A DNA stretch of 57,213 nt, the filler included, from Sphacelaria rigidula (Eukaryota), in NCBI GenBank assembly GCA_964200075.2. It is 8 parts of 8 records of this genome, joined end to end, with 100 filler letters (N's around TTAATTAATTAA, not from the genome) between each part and the next. Parts side by side here need not be neighbours in the genome. Positions count along the whole stretch, not along the records: positions 35,822 to 42,885 come from CAXNAA020016676.1; positions 42,986 to 50,049 come from CAXNAA020016677.1; 6 more parts are not named here. The stretch is one strand, 5' to 3'. Within the stretch, counting starts at the first letter, position 1. Each line of letters starts with the position of its first letter. A program made the position numbers and the translations under genes. A model generated the notes under the pieces. That model did not search any database and was not told the DNA's origin. It worked only from the letters and a program-made list of their open reading frames with translations. Positions 37,444-49,580 of the stretch are shown one piece after another.

Positions 37444-39681
37444 CTAGGCAGTGGCGGAGCACAGCGATGCGTGGCACGGGTTGAGGAGCGACGGGGGAAG
37501 GGGACGCCTGATCGTTCAAATACGACACGCTGGTGCTTTCAGTCAGTACGTTCAGAGTCGGCGGTTAACGAATTTTGACGACGGGGCCTGACAAATCCTT
37601 TCACATAGATCGGTGTGTACTCATTATGTATATTCGAGGACCGGTGCCCACGCGACCGTCATGTTTCATATATTCGTAGATGCCGGTAAAAGGGTAGGTG
37701 GCGGTACCTTTGATCTCCAATTGCGCACTAAAACGTCCGAGTATTGTCACTGATGGAAGTTTTCCTCTCCGTCTACTGCAAGCCCCCCCCCTTTTCTCGG
37801 GACAGATCAATAGTTTGTGGGGACTCCCCTCCTCTTTTGTCCCGGGAGATTCAATTGTTTTCCCCCTTTTACCTACCTGCCTCACATTTCCCCACCATGG
37901 AGTGGACCAGCATTCCCGCCCGCGTCGACACTCTTGAAGTTTCCTTCCTACCTGCCTCGTTTCAACCCCCCATAAGTCAGGTGTATGTCTGCATTATTCT
38001 TTTCACTTGGATAAAATGTCCATGCACGCCACTGTGTGCGGGTAGTTCACGCGGTCAGTCGAAGCACCTCGGCGTTGCAACAAGGCGCCACCCGTGTCCA
38101 GAAATTTCCAAAAATGTGACACCAAAATCCATGTCATGCTTCGTGCTCCTCGTTCCAAGGGAGAACGGAAAGCCGCAATTTGCATAAAATCGCATTATGC
38201 ATGAGGCAGAATGAGCTCGGTCTGGGCAGCCGCAGCTGTTCCCAATGGTCCGTTGCGATGCTTGGCAGTACTCCGAATCATGCATCAAACTGTGAGACCA
38301 TTCTTTCAGGAGAACGTCCTCTTGATTGCCGCGCCGACAGCGCTGCAATAGATCACTAGATGGGAGAAAGGATCGCGTTTCATTCGTATTTCATCACTGA
38401 GGAAGAGGCAAAACAACGCATTTTGACAAGGAAAAACTGGCCATTGCATGTAAGGATCTGCTGCGATAGACCTGAACTCTTGTATTTTGGCTATCCACAT
38501 GATGAGGCCACGTGCTACCAATGGGTACGAGGATACAAGCTAATTTGGTTAGCACAGTACGCGGTGAGACGCAGAATGTTGGATCTTCTACTGTTCTAAT
38601 AATCCGGATACGCGCCCGTTCATCTCCGCACTTGCACCTCTCTCCTGTACGTTCAGGGCATGCGGTACCTTATGTGCGACAACCACGTATGCCAGGATAT
38701 AGAATGGTTGATAGTCGCAAAGTAGCCGATCCGCCGCGAATCAAGCCGTGATCAGAACACAGAGACGTGCCAGAGGTAAGCAAGACGGAGACAGTATCTA
38801 AAGGAAACTCTTGAACGGGGAAAGACGAAAAGAGAAAGAGAGAAGAAACAAAAGCGAAGTGAAGACGAGAAAAAAACAAACAAACAACAGATAGGACGAA
38901 CAAAAAGGGAAGAGAGAAAAAAGCACGGAACGAAATAACATGAAGCAGGCCAAGATCCAGTACTAGTCCGAGAGAAACAATCTCAGAAATCAGACGCGTC
39001 CCATGTCGCGTGAAATCGAGCATCGAGTAACGTGCATGAAACAAACAATGGCACAGAGGATATTCAGCTGCGTGTCACAAATGTCTTGGGCCATGCTCGC
39101 ACGGCGCCTCCATACTGAGATTTCCCTGTTCTATCATGAATCAACAGCATGATGAATAATTGAGCTCCCTGATACCCTCGTCATTGTTCTGCGTGTCATG
39201 GCTACGCTACTACGAAATAGAACCAGTACCGGTGGGAATCATAAGCGAGCCTCAATTAATCAATTACCTCAAGACTTTCACCCTCTCTGAACCCTTCGTG
39301 CGCCCCTTTACCCTAGGAGAGCTAACGGCCATAGTCTTTCGAACTAACTCTTCACTTTTTGTCATGCAAATGACTCTGATGTAGGTACACAACGGCGACA
39401 CGCGATCGTTTACCTCTCCGTATATGTATATATACATAAATACCGCAAGAACCTTGACGACCACTTGTTTTCATTTTTTTGGCACAAATCTAACCCTTCT
39501 CCTCATCTGGGACGAGTCCATGGTCTGAAGTGATCAACCCACCTCTCCTCAGGTATGTATGGTCATAATAGTAATGCTTAGCCTTCATGAGGAAGGTCTA
39601 TTCGCTGGGAAATGGACACGCCAACTAGAAATTATACACATACTCATGCGAGATTACCACGAGACACGACACAACGCTTAC

Positions 39682-39777
39682 GTTTCCCACAGTCTTGCGG
39701 AGAGTATTCGTCGACTTGCCCTTCGTGCCGGAATTGCGGAACATCAGCCCCTTGTGCAAAATAAAACGCACCGACAC
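39682..39777 (-). CDS. CPRas1-like vWA/Sec23-Sec24-domain protein, exon B
   Basis: aAG|GTGTCG...GGAAAC|GTAAGC, 96 nt, encodes VSVRFILHKGLMFRNSGTKGKSTNTLRKTVGN. Confidence 0.85.
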
Positions 39778-40640
39778 CTTGAGAACCAGTCGTTGGATTC
39801 AGCATGGTGTGCGCAAATCGTCGACGAAAGAGCAGGACAGGGATGGGATGAGAGGGGCAAGGTCAAGAGGTATCCCTAATCGAGCTGCCGCATGCATGCC
39901 TTTGGAGGTTCTACCGCGAAAAGGATCCTACTCATGCGTCGAACAACCGACCGCGAACCACCGGTTACTTAATTGTGAATGAAGTATTCGTATACTCAGG
40001 GTACATGCTACCCAACAGTCGCATCATCCTGGAATTCACAGTTGAACACGTCTCCCTGTCACAGATGTTTGTCACTCAAACCACACCTTCAGAGCAATAC
40101 GCTAGCTATTGCAAGGTGCACACGTTCAGCAACGGTTATAATATATCTTAACGCCGTTGGGTTTGTTTCATACGGAAACCCCGGCCGCTGGTGATGAGTA
40201 TATTTTCGCAGCTACACGGGGACGGCTTTATTTTGTTTTCGTACAGGGATGGAAAATGACAAGGACTCCCTGAGAAATCCACCGCACCACACCAACTGAA
40301 ACACAAACCCTTCTAGTTCTCGATCGCAATTGTTTCGAGTATCACATTGCGTAAGTCTGCGGATCACCTCATGCGACGCAGTGTAACTCCCTACCTCCCA
40401 CTCTCCCACCGTCCTCAGAGAAAACAGCCTCAATATCGATTATCTACAGAGTGACAGCGCAACACTTCCTAATATACCCCCATGTACCAAACGATAACCA
40501 CGGCATCACTCCAGGCATTCATGTTTCGGTGTCGTGGTGCTCCGGTTTCAGCAGGCATTTCAAGCTGACAAATGCCATTATCCGAGGGTGGTATTCTACG
40601 TCATCGAGCGTCAAAAGGTTTGCATCTCGACTGTGCTCGC

Positions 40641-40814
40641 CTGAGAAGCAAGGATTGGGGTGGCCAAGATCCCGGCAAAGTTGGACGCAAGCTCAGAAGC
40701 CTTGACTTTGGTCACTGTGCCCCCGGACGCCGCTGCCATGGCGCCGAGGTTTTCGAGATCAGAGTATTCGCTGTCCACAGATACGACGTCCACGGCTATT
40801 CCACTCGCTGCCGC
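40641..40814 (-). CDS. CPRas1-like vWA/Sec23-Sec24-domain protein, exon A (probable GC donor)
   Basis: cAG|GCGGCA...TCTCAG|GCGAGC, 174 nt, encodes AAASGIAVDVVSVDSEYSDLENLGAMAAASGGTVTKVKASELASNFAGILATPILASQ (end of vWA/trunk domain). Confidence 0.82.
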
Positions 40815-43800
40815 CTGCATAAGAAACGATGAGGGCATTTGGAAAGCGGAGCGACCAACATCAATGCAAAGGCGAAAAACAATGTGAACTTACGATGCGC
40901 GACTTGCCCCTTGTCTTCGTTCTTGGGACGATGTTTTCAACCGCAGTTCAGTTGAACGTCTGCTAAAATGTGTTTAGGCGTCGATCAAGTACTTCACGTC
41001 GACTCGCCAAAAATACCAACCGAGAGGTGAGCATGTTTCAAGTGTGTGCGTTCGTTTGTGGACGTGGGTGTGCATATAGCCGGCAACACCTACGACTACT
41101 TCACGCGCCGCCGTCCATTCAAAATCAACCGCAACGGTTCCGTCGTCGTTTATAAACAGTTTGGTACCCATAGCGTTCTCCCAAGTATAATGTATATTCG
41201 AGAGTCGATCAAAAGATCAGGTGAACGGTAAATACAACGTGGGCCCTCCGTTTTACACTGCCAGTGTTGTTGTATTGTCATACCATCTATTCTGCACGCC
41301 AACCTACGCCTTCCGGTATGTTTGGGCGCATCACCCGGGGTCACACAGGAGGAAGGCCAACACAGGAGTTTTCTACTTCACATCGTGTTTCAGTACTCCA
41401 CCTTCCTTCTGCGTTGCTTACCTTTTATCGCGACAGGGTTTCAGCGGCCCCTCTCCCTCGTTTACAGTGGACTCGAATTTTGTGTATGGTAAATATGAAC
41501 AAAGAACAACAGGGCACATGTCGCATATGCGTACGCTTACGCGGACTCCGCCCACTCGTATCCAGGCGAATGCGTGAAAGAAATAGGTACATACAGCTAC
41601 GAGGAGTCCCATGCTGTGGTCGCTAGCGTTCGTTGAGGGCAACACGTGGCTCCTGTGGTGTCCATGGCACTGCTTCAACTAGATTTACACACGGCATGAA
41701 GTGCGTTACTTTCAATAGTGTCGACTGAAAATGCTGCGCAATGCGCGATACTCAGTTCACGCTTGACCAATACACTCACGGTTCAAATCTGCAACGCATG
41801 CCGCATGCTTCTACTGTATGATTCACGCGCATACGCTTGCACGCTAGCGATAATTATCGTCGTACGAAAACGACATATTCGGACAAGTGTTTCGTGGGGT
41901 TTCCCGACATCGCAAGTTTCTAGTCAAGTAGTCTCAGTTCATAGGCGGGCCGTCCCCCGATAAGGAAAGTGTAATTTAGTCCACGTTGTATCTCTCAGCG
42001 CGAATGATACATATGCACTCTTACCGAATCATTGAATGCCTGTCTCAGGGTTGAAAATCGAGTCAAGCGTATACTTGGTAGGTGCAAGCTCTCCCTCTCC
42101 TGTCTCAAGCACTTTGAACTCTTGAGTGAAATGTATTGCAATACGGCCGCGTGCCTGTCGCCCCGAACGGTAGTTAAATGAAACAAGTTACACGAATAGG
42201 TCGGAAACGTGAGGGTTCGATGCCGGCAGATGCATTCTGGTGTTCCCTGAAAAGTCGATGATTTCCATCGGTGATTTCATGAGAATGTGACTAGTAAAAA
42301 GAGAACGTTGAGGGCAGTCGACGCGGCGCGAGAGTGCTCATCCAGTCCCCGACGCCAACGTACAAAGCGTGTACCGGAGGAGAGACTAGTTGATCCTTGG
42401 AGATCACGGACTCGTTTCGTGGAAGGGGAGAGGTGAATATTAATATTGTGACAAGGAAAAAAGCACGATCCTACCACAACATCGAGTACGATGCCGAGTC
42501 TGCGCTCAGCTCTGCGACCGAAGCTCAATCTCGCGCGGAAGGAAACGTTTCAATCCATGCCCGGTGGTCTTCTAAAAGTGGTACAACTGACGACATTAGG
42601 GCGGAGAAAACGGTTATATGATTCCCGCCAGATACGTGTAGTATGGCTGTTTCCTTGACGGGATTTGAGTTTTCCGTCATTGAAAGCGTGAGGGCGTGCG
42701 TAGTAAACGTGAGTTTGTTTGGCTGAGTTTGTTCCAAGACAGTCGAAGCGGTGCGGGAGTGTTAGTCATGATCCTATCCGCGATAGTCGAATGCAATGCG
42801 AGTGCCGAGGGAAAGATGGGCTGCTCCCTTGAGACCCCGGACTCGTCCCGACGGAGGGGGTGTGTGGGGGGGGGGGGGGGGGGGGNNNNNNNNNNNNNNN
42901 NNNNNNNNNNNNNNNNNNNNNNNNNNNNNTTAATTAATTAANNNNNNNNNNNNNNNNNNNNNNNNNNNNNNNNNNNNNNNNNNNNCCGACAAAAAATAGA
43001 GGGGGCACCATCGCTGAAAGTGTGGAGAAAGTACTGTTTTGGGCTCGAACCTCATTTTATAGAATCCTCTGTTCAGTGCAGACAGCCCAGGACGATCAGT
43101 TCTCCCTGCTTACAATGCGACGTGAAGAGGACTTCAGAAACGTGCAGCTTTGTACAGACTGCACTATCCATGAGCGTGCACGCAACTCGGTTGCCCACCA
43201 TACCACGCAGTTCTGTCGCTGATGCTCCCCATGAGAGAAGACGTGCAAATTTTCGCCAACAAAAAGTAACAAAGCATACCCAGCTACTGCAGTGGATTTA
43301 TCCACAAGTGATTGCGTGCTGTTCACCTCCCCTGTCCGAGTACAGGCTGTACTCTGCAAGCACAGAGAGTACAGTAGTGACGGTGTTTGCGAAGACCAAA
43401 TCTGGGTCAGGACTTGGACTTTGTAATTCCCCTGAGACAGACAGCTGCACAGTCGTCCGTCACGTGATCGTTTCATCGTTTCACCTTGGTCCTTTGAACG
43501 AACTCACCCCACTTCTGTGCTTACCGGAACACCGCACGCAGCACTAAAACTGTTACATATTCTGAAACGAATATTGCCATGTTGTCATAGTAGTACAGCA
43601 GCAGCAGCTGGACACCATTAATTTTGCAACAAGAGAAGCTAATGCATACTGTATACAGTCCGTCTTCAGGTTCCAAAACTAAATAACACTGCAAAACTGC
43701 TGTGTTGTCTTGTGTTCAGTGAAGTACTCTGTACTCCACATACCATTGCAGAATTGTCTTGTGTTCAGTGTACTACCCTGTACTCCACATAATGGGGTCA

Positions 43801-45563
43801 TATTTTGACCAGTTCTTGAAACGTTCTGCTTGTTTTTTTAAAGGTTCTCGAAAAGTTCTGCTTGTTTTTCTGTCACAGAAATCCAATGCCAAATTTGGAA
43901 TAGCCTGAGACAACAACCAATTTGAAAATCGCAACACATATGACAGCACTGAGCAGGATAAAATATCACCATCGCCGCAGGGTACGGCTTCAGCACATAG
44001 TATCCGCTTGTCAAACCCCGTGCGAAGCTGTTTCAGCACCTGGCGCGGGCAGGGACGCCCTGCGCCGTCACGCGACTGTCCTCTGCCGCCGTTGCAAAAA
44101 TATCAGAACCCTACCATTGTACGTCAATGCACGGACGTCACCTCAAAAAAATTGGGGGGAATCACGATATCGGAACTATTTCCCTCGATTTTTTCGGAAA
44201 AATCGGGGGAAACTGTTCCGAAATTGTGACTTCCTGACTTTTCCGCCTCCGATTTGGTCGAAATCGGTGCCCTTGAAAAGGGTTCCCGATTTTTTTCTCC
44301 CGATGTTCGAAAGAATCGAGATTGGTGACCTCCCAAAATATGGTTCAAGAATCAGAACGAAAGAAAACACAGATGACCACAACAGAACCAAGCGTTCTGT
44401 GCTTCACCATGTTGTCATCCATGCACAACGTTTTCCGCGTACCTCCTGATATTGATTGGACAGTGCTGCTGATATTATGGTCTACAAGTCTTGCAGCAGC
44501 AGCAGCAGCAGCAGCAGCATCCTTTGCCGAACAATCTGCACGTCGTCTTACTAGGTGTGCCCGACAAGAAGGATGCACAAAAAAGTGTAATACCTGACGC
44601 TGGAAAGGACATCGCATAGCCTCAAGTCCATCGAACATCTGAACCCATACCACGAGACAATCTGTGATATATATCCGACACGTGCTGTACCTCATACCGG
44701 GCAGCACAGATAGTTAAGCTGAACCAACAAGGAGGTCCTAACTGTACGCCCCATATCCTCGGCCTTCAAAACAGAACGCACACACGCACACACAGGACAC
44801 AAAAACACCCCCAACATACAAAAAACATCGAAGTACAGAACACAAACTGAGGCGGCGCGGGAGTGCTGAACCCACCCGCGAGACCAAAATGCAAGGCGTG
44901 TAGCGGGGAAGAGATGGCTTGATCCCTGGAGACCACGGACTCGTGCAGAAGAAGGAGAGGGGTCGGAAGTATAACGAGAAGAAAGAAAAATGACAAGGAC
45001 GGCATCCTTGCGTCACATACGACGAAGCCCCGCAATACTCCTCGGCGGGCGTAAACAGTACGGCAAAGTTGGATCAAAAACCGGATAGACAACATACTTG
45101 CAACTGAAACGCACGAGTCTGGCTACATCAAACGTTGACCCAAGTGTGTTACGTATATACTACTAGGAGCCAGCGACACAAATGAAAGGAAGGGCTAACT
45201 GGCAGCAGCTTTCCCTATTAGACCGAAAACCTGCCGGAGGATTTTACGTGGCGGAAAAATCCTGGTTCGACAGCTGACGTCATCCACCATGGTCATGGCG
45301 CCAACCACTCAAATAGCAGAGGGAATATCGGACATGACTGACATTACTTTCGAGGTTCCTTGTCGCAAAAAAATCGCGAAGCTGAGAAAAATTTCGGTAT
45401 TTTCTTGGCCTGCCTTTTCTCAATATTTGTGCCGCTCAAAAGACGAACACGTGGCATGCACTGAATCAGTTTCGAATTACTCTAATGCTGTTTTGAAACG
45501 ACAGCCGAAGCATATTCGTGAATCGCAGAGTATGAACGCAGAGGGTTCTCTCCGGTGTCCCCA

Positions 45564-45644
45564 TTACGAGGCATCAGAGCGAGGGCCGCTGAAGGCAAAG
45601 CTTGTCCACTTATCGGGCACCGTCATAAAGTAGCGATCCATTGC
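45564..45644 (-). CDS. FAB1/PIKFYVE: PtdIns3P 5-kinase, terminal exon
   Basis: cAG|GCAATG...TAA, encodes AMDRYFMTVPDKWTSFAFSGPRSDAS*. The MxRYFxxVPDxW end motif is characteristic of FAB1/PIKfyve. Confidence 0.92.
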   Translation of the reverse strand, partial: AMDRYFMTVPDKWTSFAFSGPRSDAS

Positions 45645-45909
45645 CTGCCGCAAAGAGCGTTTCGGAACGAATGAATAAAAATGAGGAAACATAACACGGG
45701 AACAACGACGATCAGAGCGGGTATTGATGGAAGAAAGTAGTGAGTATTCCACGGTACAGTAACCTGAAACTAATGAGCTGTACCTCTATCTTATTGTACC
45801 CGAAACTGCCCACCCTCGAAGGGGGGTGTAGTTTTGGCGTCTACTCAGTGTGTAGTCCCTCACTCATGTTTTGTGTCCGCTACTCCGATGCTTGTGTCGG
45901 GGACTGTAC

Positions 45910-46050
45910 CTGTTGGAAGCGAGCCTTGTAGAGCGACGGCTGTACGATGGTAGGCTCTGCCTGGCCTGCAATCATAGTCATCGTCTTGCTCACACTTTCC
46001 ACGCGCTTGATGAGGTCGTACTTCCTCATGTAGTCGATTATGCCTACCAC
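45910..46050 (-). CDS. FAB1/PIKFYVE: PtdIns3P 5-kinase exon (GIIDY motif and activation loop)
   Basis: 141 nt, AG/GT bounded, encodes VVGIIDYMRKYDLIKRVESVSK...EPTIVQPSLYKARFQQ. Confidence 0.93.
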
Positions 46051-46551
46051 CTGCGAGAATTGAAAGTACACGAACCAGCGAGACAAGGACGTACGGGAGT
46101 TGCACAAACAGCTCGGCGCAGGTGGGTAGGGTAGGTTACCGGTACCAATGCGGGCACTGGTACGCATACAGTCCAGTACTTGAGGTACCCGAGTATGCGC
46201 ATTATTTGTGGACATTGATATTCCGGGTACTGGGGGTCATCTAGCACAGTAATACGTTGATGTCCCCTACTATGGGGCACGGTACCCTACCATAAGCATC
46301 TTGAGAGGGATTCAACGGCATCATGATACTATCGATTTCAGCGACGTGTGATCCCTGCCCCCCCCCCCCCCCCCCCCCCCCCTTTCCCTTCTCTTCGTTT
46401 GAAAGGCGGAGACAGTGATGAAGAGATCGCCCGCTAGTGACAGTGTTGTCAAAATCAGTGAAGATCAATCTCGTGGTCGGAGTACGGTCTGCTTTGTCGG
46501 TTGCGAAACATACAGCATATCTTATTTTAGCGAAACCTACATGTCTATCAT

Positions 46552-46612
46552 GAGACCACGGCTGGACCCCTGGGGGGTCAGTTAAAGTGCGACAATCAAT
46601 CAATCAATCAAT
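46552..46612 (+). mobile_element. Retroelement 3' end with (TCAA)n tail (related copies 2868-2920 minus and 34822-34876)
   Basis: GAGACCACGG...AAAGTGCGACAATCAATCAATCAA. Shares terminal motifs with the tRNA-SINE. Confidence 0.6.
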
Positions 46613-47705
46613 ACAGCATATCTTATTTTTGTCCAGTAAAACGGACGTGTGGTGTACGCGTTGACGTCTACTGGTACCTGATCATACTCCATTGGTGCGG
46701 GCGTTCATCTCCGACTTTTACGTTCTGAGTGTTCTTCTACCACTGCACAGGGCTTGCCAAGTCCATCAGTCAATATTCACGGTACAAGTATATAACAGAA
46801 AAGGAGAAGGAAACTCAAGTATCAGGCGTCCAAATCCGTTCAAGTTTTCGAACACTGTGAAGATTCATCAGATGTATAAATGCGAGCAGCAGGCGTTCAA
46901 ATAAACTCAACTTGAACAAATCAGACATTCGAAAATGTACTTCCAAGTGTCGAACATCGAAAATATCAGAGGTTTCGGGTACACAAAAAGCTAACAACTT
47001 AAATATGACGCATTTTGAAGTACAAAACGTTCAAATATACCGAACAACCCAACCTACCAAACCTGTAGCTATACCAAACCTCCAAATATAGCGAGCTTCC
47101 GCAACTATCGACTACCCAGATACATCATGACCCTTGTAGCACCGGAAGGGTTTCTGTTCCAAAAATAGGTCCTGACGATCCCGCAGACATGTGGAGTATG
47201 GCATTTGTATGCCTTAATGATTTTTTTTTGTTGCTCGAGCGCCGTAAACTCAGACAGAAATGAATGTAAACATTCTTTGGCAGAATATGGTGGGTGTACT
47301 TGAGCACTCCATGTTCATGGTTGAGCACACGGGTTGGAGTGCATGGCGTTATACGTCTGCTGCGAAGACTCTGGTACCGGCGCGCCCGAATATAATGCCA
47401 CGGATTGTGAGACCTTCGTACGCGCCATGCCACACGCGGTGGTGGCATGCTCACCCCTAACGGTGGTTTCCACCCTCTGAGTATAAAATGCACGGTACTG
47501 CACTCTCCCCGTAGTCCACACGACACGGCTATGTAGGTGGGTAGCAACGACCGGCCGGGCCCAGATCCCTCTGCCTCCACGTAGGCCTTGTCGCGTTTAT
47601 CGGAACAACCGCTTCGGAGCCCGAAAATAGCCAGGCAAACAAAAAGGTCACCTGCAGCCTTGGACACTGGAAGGCTCAGAGAATCAAGTGTGGCTCAATT
47701 CTCAC

Positions 47706-47810
47706 CAGTTCCCGGCGATCTTGGTCGAGTCCAACCACGATGCTGTAGTCCACGATCTCAACATGGTGCAGGAATAGCGTGTCGTTCATGATAGCAGTTT
47801 GAAACACCGC
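47706..47810 (-). CDS. FAB1/PIKFYVE: PtdIns3P 5-kinase exon (catalytic DYS motif)
   Basis: 105 nt, AG/GT bounded, encodes AVFQTAIMNDTLFLHHVEIVDYSIVVGLDQDRREL. Confidence 0.93.
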
Positions 47811-48298
47811 CTGAAATAGAAGCCCATAAACATGCACACGCGCGTATATATGTACAGGGGGGAAATAGAGCCAAAATGGGGGAAATGGAAAAGTAGCAAC
47901 TAAATCTTAACATGCGCAAAAAGTTTTCGGGGTAGAAATCTGATCGATTTACACGGCAAGGCGGACAATATCAGACAAACATATATCTAACACACACACA
48001 CACAAAATATTACCTACAACTAGAAATAGATTCGATGAGTTCGTTTGGCGATTTGAGTCTGCGAACATGAATCTTTGAAAAAAAGCTGTGCAATAATGCA
48101 CTTCTCGTAAAACGAAATACTCCACAAATCAGCTCGGAATCAATTTTGCACGACGAAGGCGTCCATTTTTATGTGAAATGGTCGCGAATCCATTTCAATA
48201 CATTCCACGTCGTGAAAACCGCTTCAAACACACAGGGATGAAGACGAACCTAATCGAAATACTACCGCAGAACAACCCTACCAATGGCAAATCGAGTA

Positions 48299-48489
48299 GG
48301 GTATACTCAATTGCGGGGTATTTTGAAAGTCATGCTTTACGTACTCAAATTGGGGGGGGCGTACTCAAATTGGGGGTAGAGTGTCAAGAGTCGTACCCCA
48401 AAAATGACTGGAGAGCGACCCCTGACACCCTACCCCAATTTGTGTACTTCAACTACGACTTTCAAAATACTCCGCAGTGATGTATACCC
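48299..48489. mobile_element. Intronic fold-back MITE with ~60-bp imperfect inverted arms
   Basis: GGGTATACTCAATTGCGGGGTATTTTGAAAGTC versus reverse complement GGGTATACATCACTGCGGAGTATTTTGAAAGTC. Confidence 0.7.
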
Positions 48490-48569
48490 CCCTCGACATC
48501 CCTACGACAAATCATACAGTCATCACCCACCACAAGAAGCACCAATCTAATCGAAGCGAACACACTCAC

Positions 48570-48638
48570 CCTGCCCTCATCGTGTACCGGTAGCGGCTGT
48601 CCTTGGGTGTACTCCATGAAGTTCTCATCCAGCAGCAC
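48570..48638 (-). CDS. FAB1/PIKFYVE: PtdIns3P 5-kinase exon (VLLDEN motif)
   Basis: tAG|GTGCTG...GGCAGG|GTGAGT, 69 nt, encodes VLLDENFMEYTQGQPLPVHDEGR. Confidence 0.92.
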
Positions 48639-49547
48639 CTACAGCGTGACGCGCCGTAATGTGCAACGATGGAAATTTACCCCACCAAATCGACCGTGAG
48701 TAACGAACGGCGCAACTTAAAACGGCGCAGCAATGGCGTGCACCAACAAGCACGAACCGTCGACTTTAACGTAAGCCGTACACCACTGTGACTTCATCAG
48801 CCGCTTGTTGACTTTTTCAAGTTATCACGCACTGGCTGTTTACCCCCTCGACCACGAGGTGGTGATTTGGATAATGACCCTCGTTTGTCCACGACGCCCG
48901 TCCCTATCGAAACACATACACCTCTCCCTTACAGGGGGGAGGGGGCGGGGGGTGACTTGTATGACGTAACACCCAAGGCAATGATCGACGGCCCAAACAT
49001 GCACATTACATTATATACACTCCTTGGATTCTCCGGCGCTGAATTGCTCGAAACCTGAATAAGAGTGCTCTGATCGCTGAGCTAGCGTTGTTTCGACATA
49101 AATGAAGCCATGCACAAAGTATACGTTCGTTTTCCCTCCAAACATGCATATACTTTGTGCATGGCTTCATTACTGTGCAAGAGATGGCGACACATGACAC
49201 GAAACAAAGCAAAATGTGTGCATCATTGCCTGCAGATCGCTTCTAACATGCGTAGCAGGTTACGCAAACGATGCCAACAGGGCACACAACAAGGACGTAC
49301 GTAGCTCCAAAATGAATTTTCGGTATAGTGTTGAAAAGTCTAAGTTGATGTGTGCGCAAAAGGCCCGCTCCATCGCTGCAGCCACTACTGCCCCCCGCCC
49401 CCCCCCTAGCGGCTCTTATTAATGAGAACAGAGCTGAGGAAGTCCGGCAAAAACCCTTTTGGTACTCCCCTTCAAAAAGGGTGTAACTTCCACTGCCTCT
49501 ATCAGGCCTCGCCCAAGATGAGCTTTTCTTCAATCGAGTGTTGGTGG

Positions 49548-49580
<33 letters not shown>

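Noticed and set aside
24187..48638. Clustering of endosomal phosphoinositide genes (WDR81 and PIKfyve)
   Set aside because: They lie on different scaffolds that are joined artificially.
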